64,000 nt of DNA. Origin: Eledone cirrhosa. Its lineage: Eukaryota. The stretch is taken from assembly GCA_964016885.1 (NCBI GenBank), contig OZ024743.1, forward strand, positions 185,504,001-185,568,000, read 5' to 3'. The notes beneath the pieces are model-generated. The model saw nothing but the letters and a program-made list of their open reading frames with translations, was not told the DNA's origin and searched no databases. This document shows positions 53,001-64,000 of this stretch, one piece after another; position 1 is the first letter of the stretch; every line of letters starts with the position of its first letter. Both the position numbers and the translations under genes were made by a program.

Positions 53001-56000
53001 TAACAGTGTTGTTGAGTGAGATTCTAGCATGGCATAAACGTTAACAGTGTTGGTGAGTGAGATTCTAGTATCGCATAAACGTTAACAGTGTTGGTGAGTC
53101 AGATTCTAGTATGGCATAAACGTTAACAGTGTTGGTGAGTGAGATTCTAGTATGGCATAAACGTTAACAATGTTGGTGAGTCAGATTCTAGCATGGCATA
53201 AACTTAAACAGTTTTGTTGAGTCAGATTCTAGTATGGCATAAACGTTAACAGTGTTGGTGAGTGAGATTCTAGTATGGCATAAAAGTTAACAGTTTTGTT
53301 GAGTCAGATTCTAGCATGGCATAAACGTTAACAGTGTTGGTGAGTGAGATTCTAGTATGGCATAAACGTTAACAGTGTTGGTGAGTGAGATTCTAGTATG
53401 GCATAAACGTTAACAGTTTTGTTGAGTCAGATTCTAGTATGGCATAAACGTTAACAGTGTTGGTGAGTGAGATTCTAGTATGGCATAAACGTTAACAGTG
53501 TTGGTGAGTGAGATTCTAGTATGGCATAAACGTTAACAGTTTTGTTGAGTCAGATTCTAGCATGGCATAAACGTTAACAGTGTTGGTGAGTAAGATTCTA
53601 GTATGGCATAAACGTTAACAGTGTTGGTGAGTCAGATTCTAGCATGGCATAAACGTTAACAGTGTTGGTGAGTGAGATTCTAGTATGGCATAAACGTTAA
53701 CAGTATTGGTGAGTGAGATTCTAGCATGGCATAAACGTTAACAGTGTTAGTGAGTGAGATTCTAGCATGGCATAAACGTTAACAGTGTTGGTGAGTGAGA
53801 TTCTAGTATGGCATAAACGTTAACAGTGTTTGTGAGTGAGATTCTAGTATGGCATAAACGTTAACAGTGTTGTTGAGTGAGATTCTAGTATGGCATAAAC
53901 GTTAACAGTGTTGGTGAGTGAGATTCTAGTATGGCATAAACGTTAACAGTATTGGTGAGTGAGATTCTAGTATGGCATAAACGTTAACAGTGTTGGTGAG
54001 TCAGATTCTAGCATGGCATAAACGTTAACAGTTTTGTTGAGTGAGATTCTAGCATGGCATAAACGTTAACAATGTTGGTGAGTCAGATTCTAGCATGGCA
54101 TAAACGTTAACAGTATTGGTGAGTGAGATTCTAGTATGGCATAAACGTTAACAGTGTTGGTGAGTCAGATTCTAGCATGGCATAAACGTTAACAGTGTTG
54201 GTGAGTGAGATTCTAGTATGGCATAAACGTTAACAATGTTGGTGAGTGAGATCCTAGTATGGCATAAACGTTAACAGTGTTGTTGAGTGAGATTCTAGTA
54301 TGGCATAAACGTTAACAGTGTTGTTGAGTGAGATTCTAGTATGGCATAAACGTTAACAGTGTTGTTGAGTGAGATTCTAGTATGGCATACACATTAACAG
54401 TGTTGATGAGTGAGATTCTAGTATGGCATAAACGTTAACAGTGTTGGTGAGTGAGATTCTAGTATGGCATACACATTAACAGTGTTGTTGATTGAGATTC
54501 TAGTATGGCATACACATTAACAGTGTTCTTGAGTGAGATTCTAGTATGGCATAAACGTTAACAGTGTTGGTGAGTGAGATTCTAGCATGGCATAAACGTT
54601 AACAATGTTGGTGAGTGAGATCCTAGTATGGCATAAACGTTAACAGTGTTGTTGAGTGAGATTCTAGTATGGCATAAACGTTAACAGTGTTGGTGAGTGA
54701 GATTCTAGTATGGCATAAACGTTAATAGTGTTGTTGAGTGAGATTCTAGTATGGCATAAACGTTAACAGTGTTGGTGAGTGAGATTATAGTATGGCATAA
54801 ACGTTAACAGTGTTGGTGAGTGAGATTCTAGTATGGCATACACATTAACAGTGTTGTTGATTGAGATTCTAGTATGGCATACACATTAACAGTGTTGTTG
54901 AGTGAGATTCTAGTATGGCATAAACGTTAACAGTGTTGGTGAGTGAGATTCTAGCATGGCATAAACGTTAACAGTGTTGGTGAGTGAGATTCTAGTATGG
55001 CATAAACATTAACAGAGTTGGTGAGTGAGATTCTAGTATGGCATAAACGTTAACAGTGTTGTTGAGTGAGATTCTAGCATGGCATAAACGTTAACAGTGT
55101 TGTTGAGTGAGATCCTAGTATGGCATAAACGTTAACAGTGTTGTTGAGTGAGATTCTAGTATGGCATAAACGTTAACAGTGTTGGTGAGTCAGATTCTAG
55201 CATGGCATAAACGTCAACAGTGTTGTTGAGTGAGATTCTAGTATGGCATAAACGTTAACAGTGTTGATGAGTGAGATTCTAGCATGGCATAAACGTTAAC
55301 AGTGTTGGTGAGTGAGATTCTAGTATCGCATAAACGTTAACAGTGTTGGTGAGTAAGATTCTAGTATGGCATAAACGTTAACAGTGTTGGTGAGTGAGAT
55401 TCTAGTATGGCATAAACGTTAACAGTGTTGGTGAGTCAGATTCTAGTATGGCATAAACGTTAACAGTGTTGGTGAGTGAGATTCTAGTATGGCATAAACG
55501 TTAACAATGTTGGTGAGTCAGATTCTAGCATGGCATAAACGTTAACAGTTTTGTTGAGTCAGATTCTAGTATGGCCTAAACGTTAACAGTGTTGGTGAGT
55601 GAGATTCTAGTATGGCATAAACGTTAACAGTGTTGTTGAGTGAGATTCTAGCATGGCATAAACGTTAACAGTGTTGGTGAGTGAGATTCTAGCATGACAT
55701 AAACGTTAACAGTGTTGTTGAGCGAGATTCTAGCATGGCATAAACGTTAACAGTGTTGTTGAGTGAGATCCTAGTATAGCATAAACGTTAACAGTGTTGT
55801 TGAGTGAGATTCTAGTATGGCATAAACGTTAACAGTTTTGGTGAGTGAGATTCTAGTATGGCATAAACGTTAACAGTGTTGTTGAGTGAGATTCTAGTAT
55901 GGCATAAACGTTAACAGTGTTTGTGAGTGAGATTCTAGTATGGCATAAACGTTAACAGTGTTGTTGAGTGAGATTCTAGTATGGCATAAACGTTAACAGT

Positions 56001-57660
56001 GTTGGTGAGTGAGATTCTAGTATGGCATAAACGTTAACAGTATTGGTGAGTGAGATTCTAGTATGGCATAAACGTTAACAGTGTTGGTGAGTCAGATTCT
56101 AGCATGGCATAAACGTTAACAGTGTTGTTGAGTGAGATTCTAGCATGGCATAAACGTTAACAATGTTGGTGAGTCAGATTCTAGCATGGCATAAACGTTA
56201 ACAGTATTGGTGAGTGAGATTCTAGTATGGCATAAACGTTAACAGTGTTGGTGAGTCAGATTCTAGCATGGCATAAACGTTAACAGTGTTGGTGAGTGAG
56301 ATTCTAGTATGGCATAAACGTTAACAATGTTGGTGAGTGAGATCCTAGTATGGCATAAACGTTAACAGTGTTGTTGAGTGAGATTCTAGTATGGCATAAA
56401 CGTTAACAGTGTTGGTGAGTGAGATTCTAGTATGGCATAAACGTTAACAGTGTTGTTGAGTGAGATTCTATTGTGGCATAAACGTTAACAGTGTTGGTGA
56501 GTGAGATTATAGTATGGCATAAACGTTAACAGTGTTGGTGAGTGAGATTCTAGTATGGCATACACATTAACAGTGTTGTTGATTGAGATTCTAGTATGGC
56601 ATACACATTAACAGTGTTGTTGAGTGAGATTCTAGTAAGGCATAAACGTTAACAGTGTTGGTGAGTGAGATTCTAGCATGGCATAAACGTTAACAATGTT
56701 GGTGAGTGAGATCCTAGTATGGCATAAACGTTAACAGTGTTGTTGAGTGAGATTCTAGTATGGCATAAACGTTAACAGTGTTGGTGAGTGAGATTCTAGT
56801 ATGGCATAAACGTTAACAGTGTTGTTGAGTGAGATTCTAGTATGGCATAAACGTTAACAGTGTTGTTGAGTGCGATTCTAGTATGGCATAAACGTTAACA
56901 GTGTTGGTGAGTGAGATTCTAGTATGGCATAAACGTTAACGGTGTTGTTGAGTGAGATTCTAGTATGGCATAAACGTTAAATGTGTTGGTGAGTGAGATT
57001 CTAGCATGGCATAAACGTTAACAGTGTTGGTGAGTGAGATTCTAGTATGGCATAAACATTAACAGAGTTGGTGAGTGAGATTCTAGTATGGCATAAACGT
57101 TAACAATGTTGGTGAGTCAGATTCTAGCATGGCATAAACGTTAACAGTTTTGTTGAGTCAGATTCTAGTATGGCATAAACGTTAAAAGTGTTGGTGAGTG
57201 AGATTCTAGTATGGCATAAACATTAACAGTGTTGTTGAGTGAGATTCTAGCATGGCATAAACGTTAACAGTGTTGGTGAGTGAGATTCTAGCATGGCATA
57301 AACCTTAACAGTGTTGGTGAGTGAGATTCTAGTATGGCATAAACGTTAACAGAGTTGGTGAGTGATATTCTAGTATGGCATAAACGTTAACAGTGTTGTT
57401 GAGTGAGATTCTAGCATGGCATAAACGTTAACAGTGTTGTTGAGTCAGATCCTAGTATAGCATAAACGTTAACAGTGTTGTTGAGTGAGATTCTAGTATG
57501 GCATAAACGTTAACAGTTTTGGTGAGTGAGATTCTAGTATGGCATAAACGTTAACAGTGTTGTTGAGTGAGATTCTAGTATGGCATAAACGTTAACAGTG
57601 TTTGTGAGTGAGATTCTAGTATGGCATACACATTAACAGTGTTGTTGATTGAGATTCTAG
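44060..57660 (+). repeat. Large higher-order duplication II, copy 2
   Basis: Directly follows copy 1 and shares the marker series above. The last shared rare marker is AGTCAGATCCTAGTATAG at 43831/57443. Confidence 0.9.
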
Positions 57661-58659
57661 TATGACATACACATTAACAGTGTTGTTGAGTGAGATTCTA
57701 GTATGGCATAAACGTTAACAGAGTTGGTGAGTGAGATTCTAATATGGCATAAACGTTAACAGTGTTGTTGAGTGAGATTCTAGTATGGCATAAACGTTAA
57801 CAGTGTTGGTGAGTGAGATTCTAGTATGGCATAAACGTTAACAGTGTTGTTGAGTGAGATTCTAGTATGGCATAAACGTTAACAGTGTTGGTGAGTGAGA
57901 TTCTAGTATGGCATAAACGTTAACAGTATTGGTGAGTGAGATTCTAGCATGGCATAAACGTTAACAGTGTTGGTGAGTCAGATCCTAGCATGGCATAAAC
58001 GTTAACAGTGTTGTTGAGTGAGATTCTAGCATGGCATAAACGTTAACAGTGTTGGTGAGTGAGATTCTAGTATCGCATAAACGTTAACAGTGTTGGTGAG
58101 TCAGATTCTAGTATGGCATAAACGTTAACAGTGTTGGTGAGTGAGATTCTAGTATGGCATAAACGTTAACAATGTTGGTGAGTCAGATTCTAGCATGGCA
58201 TAAACTTTAACAGTGTTGTTGAGTGAGATTCTAGCATGGCATAAACGTTAACAGTGTTGGTGAGTGAGATTCTAGTATCGCATAAACGTTAACAGTGTTG
58301 GTGAGTGAGATTCTAGTATGGCATAAACGTTAACAGTGTTGGTGAGTGAGATTCTAGTATAGTATAAAAGTTAACAGTTTTGTTGAGTCAGATTCTAGCA
58401 TGGCATAAACGTTAACAGTGTTGGTGAGTGAGTTTCTAGTATGGCATAAACGTTAACAGTGTTGGTGAGTGAGATTCTAGTATGGCATAAACGTTAACAG
58501 TTTTGTTGAGTCAGATTCTAGTATGGCATAAACGTTAACAGTGTTGGTGAGTGAGATTCTAGTATGGCATAAACGTTAACAGTGTTGGTGAGTGAGATTC
58601 TAGTATGGCATAAACGTTAACAGTTTTGTTGAGTCAGATTCTAGCATGGCATAAACGTT

Positions 58660-61600
58660 AACAGTGTTGGTGAGTGAGATTCTAGTATGGCATAAACGTT
58701 AACAGTGTTGGTGAGTCAGATTCTAGCATGGCATAAACGTTAACAGTGTTGGTGATTGAGATTCTAGTATGGCATAAACGTTAACAGTGTTGGTGAGTGA
58801 GATTCTAGCATGGCATAAACGTTAACAGTGTTGGTGAGTGAGATTCTAGCATGGCATAAACGTTAACAGTGTTGGTGAGTGAGATTCTAGCATGGCATAA
58901 ACGTTAACAGTGTTTGTGAGTGAGATTCTAGTATGGCATAAACGTTAACAGTGTTTGTGAGTGAGATTCTAGTATGGCATAAACGTTAACAGTGTTGGTG
59001 ACTGAGATTCTAGTATGGCATAAACATTAACAGTGTTGTTGAGTGAGATTCTAGTATGGCATAAACGTTAACAGTGTTGGTGAGTGAGATTCTAGTATGG
59101 CATAAATGTTAACAGTGTTGTTGAGTTAGATTCTAGTATGGCATACACATTAACAGTGTTGTTGAGTGAGATTCTAGCATGGCATAAACGTTAACAGTGT
59201 TGTTGAGTGAGATTCTAGTATGGCATACACATTAACAGTGTTGTTGAGTGAGATTCTAGCATGGCATAAACGTTAACAGTGTTGTTGAGTGAGATTCTAG
59301 TATGGCATACACGTTAACAGTGTTGTTGAGTGAGATTCTAGCATGGCATAAACGTTAACAGTGTTGTTGAGTGAGATTCTAGTATGGCATACACATTAAC
59401 AGTGTTGTTGAGTGAGATTCTAGTATGGCATAAATGTTAACAGTGTTGTTGCGTGTGATTCTAGCATGGCATAAATGCTAACAGTGTTGTTCAGTGAGAT
59501 TATAGTATGGCATAAACGTTAACAGTGTTGGTGAGTGAGATTCTAGTATGGCACAAACGTTAACAGTGTTTGTGAGTGAGATTCTAACATGGCATAAACG
59601 TTAACAGTGTTGTTGACTGAGATTCTAGCATGGCATAAACGTTAACAGTGTTGGTGAGTGAGATTCTAGCATGGCATAAACGTTAACAGTGTTAGTGAGT
59701 GAGATTCTAGCATGGCATAAACGTTAACAGTGTTGTTGAGTGAGATTCTAGCATGGTATAAACGTTAACAGTGTTGTTGAGTGAGATTCTAGTATGGCTT
59801 AAACGTTAACAGTGTTGGTGAGTGAGATTCTAGTATGGCATAAACGTTAACAGTGTTGTTGAGTCAGATTCTAGTATGGCATACACGTTAACAGTGTTGG
59901 TGAGTGAGATTCTAGTATGGCATACACGTTAACAGTGTTGTTGAGTGAGATTCTAGTATGGCATAAACGTTAACAGTGTTGGTGAGTGAGATTCTAGTAT
60001 GGCATACACATTAACAGTGTTGTTGATTAAGATTCTAGTATGGCATACACATTAACAGTGTTGGTGAGTGAGATTCTAGTATGGCATACACGTTAACAGT
60101 GTTGGTGAGTGAGATTCTAGTATGGCATAAACGTTAACAGTGTTGGTGAGTAAGATTCTAGTATGGCATAAACGTTAACAGTGTTGGTGAGTGAGATTCT
60201 AGTATGGCATAAACGTTAACAGTGTTGGTGAGTGAGATTCTAGTATGGCATAAACGTTAACAGTGTTGGTGAGTCAGATTCTAGCATGGCATAAACGTTA
60301 ACAGTTTTGTTGAGTCAGATTCTAGTATGGCATAAACGTTAACAGTGTTGGTTAGTGAGATTCTAGTATGGCATAAACGTTAACAGTGTTGGTGAGTGAG
60401 ATTCTAGTATGGCATAAACGTTAACAGTTTTGTTGAGTCAGATTCTAGCATGGCATAAACGTTAACAGTGTTGGTGAGTGAGATTCTAGTATGGCATAAA
60501 CGTTAACAGTGTTGGTGAGTCAGATTCTAGCATGGCATAAACGTTAACAGTGTTGGTGAGTGAGATTCTAGTATGGCATAAACGTTAACAGTGTTGGTGA
60601 GTGAGATTCTAGCATGGCATAAACGTTAACAGTGTTGGTGAGTGAGATTCTAGCATGGCATAAACGTTAACAGTGTTGGTGAGTGAGATTCTAGTATGGC
60701 ATAAACGTTAAAAGTGTTGTTGAGTGAGATTATAGCATGGCATACACATTAACAGTGTTGTTGAGTGAGATTCTAGTATAGCATAAACGTTAACAGTGTT
60801 GGTGAGTGAGATTCTAGTATGGCATAAACGTTAACAGTGTTGGTGAGTGAGATTCTAGTATGGCATACACATTAACAGTGTTGTTGAGTGAGATTCTAGC
60901 ATGGTATAAACGTTAACAGTGTTGTTGAGTGAGATTCTAGTATGGCATAAACGTTAACAGTGTTGGTGAGTGAGATTCTAGTATGGCATAAACGTTAACA
61001 GTGTTGTTGAGTGAGATTCTAGCATGGCATAAACGTTAACAGTGTTGGTGAGTGAGATTCTAGCATGACATAAACGTTAACAGTGTTGTTGAGCGAGATT
61101 CTAGCATGGCATAAACGTTGACAGTGTTGGTGAGTGAGATTCTAGCATGGCATAAACGTTGACAGTATTGGTGAGTGAGATTCTAGTATGGCATAAACGT
61201 TAACAGTGTTGTTGAGTGAGATTCTAGTATGGCATAAACGTTAACATTGTTGTTGAGTGAGATTCTAGTATGGCATAAACGTTAACAGTGTTGGTGAGTG
61301 AGATTCTAGTATGGCATAAACGTTAACAGTGTTGTTGAGTGAGATTCTAGTATGGCATAAACGTTAACAGTGTTTGTGAGTGAGATTCTAGTATGGCATA
61401 AACGTTAACAGTGTTGGTGAGTGAGATTCTAGCATGGCATAAACGTTAACAGTGTTGGTGAGTGAGATTCTAGTATGGCATAAACGTTAACAGTGTTGGT
61501 GAGTGAGATTCTAGCATGGCATAAACGTTAACAGTGTTGGTGAGTGAGATTCTAGCATGGCATAAACGTTAACAGTGTTGGTGAGTGAGGTTCTAGCATG

Positions 61601-64000
61601 GCATAAACGTTAACAGTGTTGGTGAGTGAGATTCTAGTATCGCATAAACGTTAACAGTGTTTGTGAGTGAGATTCTAGTATGGCATAAACGTTAACATTG
61701 TTGGTGAGTGAGATTCTAGTATGGCATAAACGTTAAAAGTGTTGTTGAGTGAGATTATAGCATGGCATACACATTAACAGTGTTGTTGAGTGAGATTCTA
61801 GTATAGCATAAACGTTAACAGTGTTGGTGAGTGAGATTCTAGTATGGCATAAACGTTAACAGTGTTGGTGAGTGAGATTCTAGTATGGCATACACATTAA
61901 CAGTGTTGTTGAGTGAGATTCTAGCATGGTATAAACGTTAACAGTGTTGTTGAGTGAGATTCTAGTATGGCATAAACGTTAACAGTGTTGGTGAGTGAGA
62001 TTCTAGTATGGCATAAATGTTAACAGTGTTGTTGAGTGAGATTCTAGCATGGCATAAACGTTAACAGTGTTGGTGAGTGATATTCTAGCATGACATAAAC
62101 GTTAACAGTGTTGTTGAGCGAGATTCTAGCATGGCATAAACGTTGACAGTGTTGGTGAGTGAGATTCTAGCATGGCATAAACGTTGACAGTATTGGTGAG
62201 TGAGATTCTAGTATGGCATAAACGTTAACAGTGTTGTTGAGTGAGATTCTAGTATGGCATAAACGTTAACAGTGTTGTTGAGTGAGATTCTAGTATGGCA
62301 TAAACGTTAACAGTGTTGGTGAGTGAGATTCTAGCATGGCATAAACCTTAACAGTGTTGGTGAGTGAGATTCTAGTATGGCATAAACGTTAACAGTGTTG
62401 GTGAGTCAGATTCTAGCATGGCATAAACGTTAACAGTGTTGGTGAGTGAGATTCTAGTATGGCATAAACGTTAACAGTGTTGGTGAGTGAGATTCTAGCA
62501 TGGCATAAACGTTAACAGTGTTGGTGAGTGAGATTCTAGCATGGCATAAACGTTAACAGTGTTGGTGAGTGAGATTCTAGCATGGCATAAACGTTAACAG
62601 TGTTGGTGAGTGAGATTCTAGTATGGCATAAACGTTAACAGTGTTTGTGAGTGAGATTCTAGTATGGCATAAACGTTAACAGTGTTGGTGAGTGAGATTC
62701 TAGTATGGCATAAACATTAACAGTGTTGTTGAGTGAGATTCTAGTATGGCATTAACGTTAACAGTGTTGGTGAGTGAGATTCTAGTATGGCATAAACGTT
62801 AACAGTGTTGTTGAGTTAGATTCTAGTATGGCATACACATTAACAGTGTTGTTGAGTGAGATTCTAGCATGGCATAAACGTTAACAGTGTTGTTGAGTGA
62901 GATTCTAGTATGGCATACACATTAACAGTTTTGTTGAGTGAGATTCTAGCATGGCATAAACGTTAACAATGTTGTTGAGTGAGATTCTAGTATGGCATAC
63001 ACGTTAACAGTGTTGTTGAGTGAGATTCTAGCATGACATAAACGTTAACAGTGTTGTTGAGTGAGATTCTAGTATGGCATACACATTAACAGTGTTGTTG
63101 AGTGAGATTCTAGTATGGCATAAATGTTAACAGTGTTGTTGCGTGTGATTCTAGCATGGCATAAATGCTAACAGTGTTGTTCAGTGAGATTATAGTATGG
63201 CATAAACGTTAACAGTGTTGGTGAGTGAGATTCTAGTATGGCACAAACGTTAACAGTGTTTGTGAGTGAGATTCTAACATGGCATAAACGTTAACAGTGT
63301 TGTTGACTGAGATTCTAGCATGGCATAAACGTTAACAGTGTTGTTGAGTGAGATTCTACCATGGCATAAACGTTAACAGTGTTGGTGAGTGAGATTCTAG
63401 TATGGCATAAACGTTAACAGTGTTGTTGAGTCAGATTCTAGTATGGCATACACGTTAACAGTGTTGGTGAGTGAGATTCTAGTATGGCATACACGTTAAC
63501 AGTGTTGTTGAGTGAGATTCTAGTATGGCATAAACGTTAACAGTGTTGGTGAGTGAGATTCTAGTATGGCATACACCTTAACAGTGTTGGTGAGTGAGAT
63601 TCTAGTATGGCATACACATTAACAGTGTTGTTGATTAAGATTCTAGTATGGCATAAACATTAACAGTGTTGGTGAGTGAGATTATAGTATGGCATACACG
63701 TTAACAGTGTTGGTGAGTGAGATTCTAGTATCGCATAAACGTTAACAGTGTTGGTGAGTGAGATTTTAGTATGGCATAAACGTTAACAGTGTTGGTGAGT
63801 AAGATTCTAGTATGGCATAAACGTTAACAGTGTTGGTGAGTGAGATTCTAGTATGGCATAAACGTTAACAGTGTTGGTGAGTGAGATTCTAGTATGGCAT
63901 AAACGTTAACAGTGTTGGTGAGTCAGATTCTAGCATGGCATAAACGTTAACAGTTTTGTTGAGTCAGATTCTAGTATGGCATAAACGTTAACAGTGTTGG
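58660..64000 (+). repeat. Duplication with about 3.7-kb (88-90 monomer) offset: 58660-60350 vs 62350-64000
   Basis: TTGAGTTAGA 59121/62811, GCGTGTGATT 59451/63141 and GCACAAACG 59551/63241 all have offset 3690 = 90x41. GATTAAGA 60025/63633 has offset 3608 = 88x41. Confidence 0.88.
60670..62320 (+). repeat. Local duplication with 1025-bp (25 monomer) offset: about 60670-61290 vs 61695-62315
   Basis: CGTTAAAAG 60706/61731 is followed in both copies by TATAGCATGGCATACAC. ATGGTATAAA 60901/61926 matches, and the downstream CATGAC, GAGCGAG, GTTGAC, GTTGAC series is the same. Confidence 0.85.

Larger units (their letters stand above)
1..64000 (+). repeat. Tandem satellite/minisatellite array, 41-bp monomer TTAACAGTGTTGKTGAGTGAGATTCTAGYATGGCATAAACG, about 1561 copies, single orientation, runs off both window ends
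   Basis: The monomer reads directly from 1-41 and recurs throughout. The last monomer starts at 63988, and (63988-1+14 deleted bases)/41 = 1561 exactly. Most monomers differ from consensus at only 0-2 sites beyond the two dimorphic positions 13 and 29. Confidence 0.99.

Noticed and set aside
1-64000. CRISPR array
   Set aside because: The repeats abut directly with no unique spacers, variation is limited to point substitutions, and there is no leader or cas gene.
1-64000. Repetitive protein-coding ORF
   Set aside because: 41 is not a multiple of 3. The plus strand has TAA, TGA and TAG in every monomer. On the minus strand TAG and TAA close each frame every third monomer, leaving about 32 open codons at most in consensus.
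1-64000. Minus-strand 41-aa repeat protein under a code that reassigns TAA/TAG (the consensus minus strand lacks TGA)
   Set aside because: There is no evidence for such a code. Common variants (GAGTCAG, GTCAAC) introduce minus-strand TGA, and substitutions show no codon-related pattern that I can see.
1-64000. Identity with avian 41-bp satellites (CNM, PO41) based on monomer length
   Set aside because: Only the length matches. I do not recognise sequence similarity, and a database alignment would be needed to decide.
1-64000. Telomerase-synthesised telomeric repeat
   Set aside because: The unit is longer than the telomere repeats I know and lacks G runs. Rare variants are inherited in multi-kb blocks, which indicates recombinational copying rather than templated synthesis. 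A subtelomeric location is not excluded.
1-64000. Rolling-circle concatemer or sequencing artefact of one short template
   Set aside because: Variants are reproducible in ordered blocks at offsets that are multiples of 41, and indels are very rare, unlike random read error. Individual large duplications still need read validation.
1-64000. Bacterial promoter elements or iterons (TTGACA in GTTGACAG variants, TATAGT in TTATAG variants)
   Set aside because: These are single-base variants of the monomer, they are not paired at -35/-10 spacing, and there is no downstream gene or rep ORF.

Overview
The whole 64-kb window is one uninterrupted, head-to-tail tandem array (satellite/minisatellite DNA) of a 41-bp monomer, consensus TTAACAGTGTTG[G/T]TGAGTGAGATTCTAG[T/C]ATGGCATAAACG (about 39% GC). 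Phase arithmetic gives 1561 complete monomers plus 13 bp, with a net 14 bp lost in 12 short monomers. I found no genes, RNA genes, transposon insertions, inversions or CRISPR spacers, and I cannot name the organism or the satellite family. The information lies in the order of variant monomers. That order records nested duplications: a 123-bp trimer, tandem copies of 1.0, 1.8 and 3.7 kb, a recurring ancestral block of about 3-4 kb, and two overlapping large duplications (14.5/16.2 kb and about 13.2-13.9 kb). It also shows conversion-like patches and an age gradient, with the most diverged material at the 3' end. All coordinates were obtained by eye from diagnostic variants, so block boundaries are good to about one monomer. 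I do not see evidence for a new gene system here.
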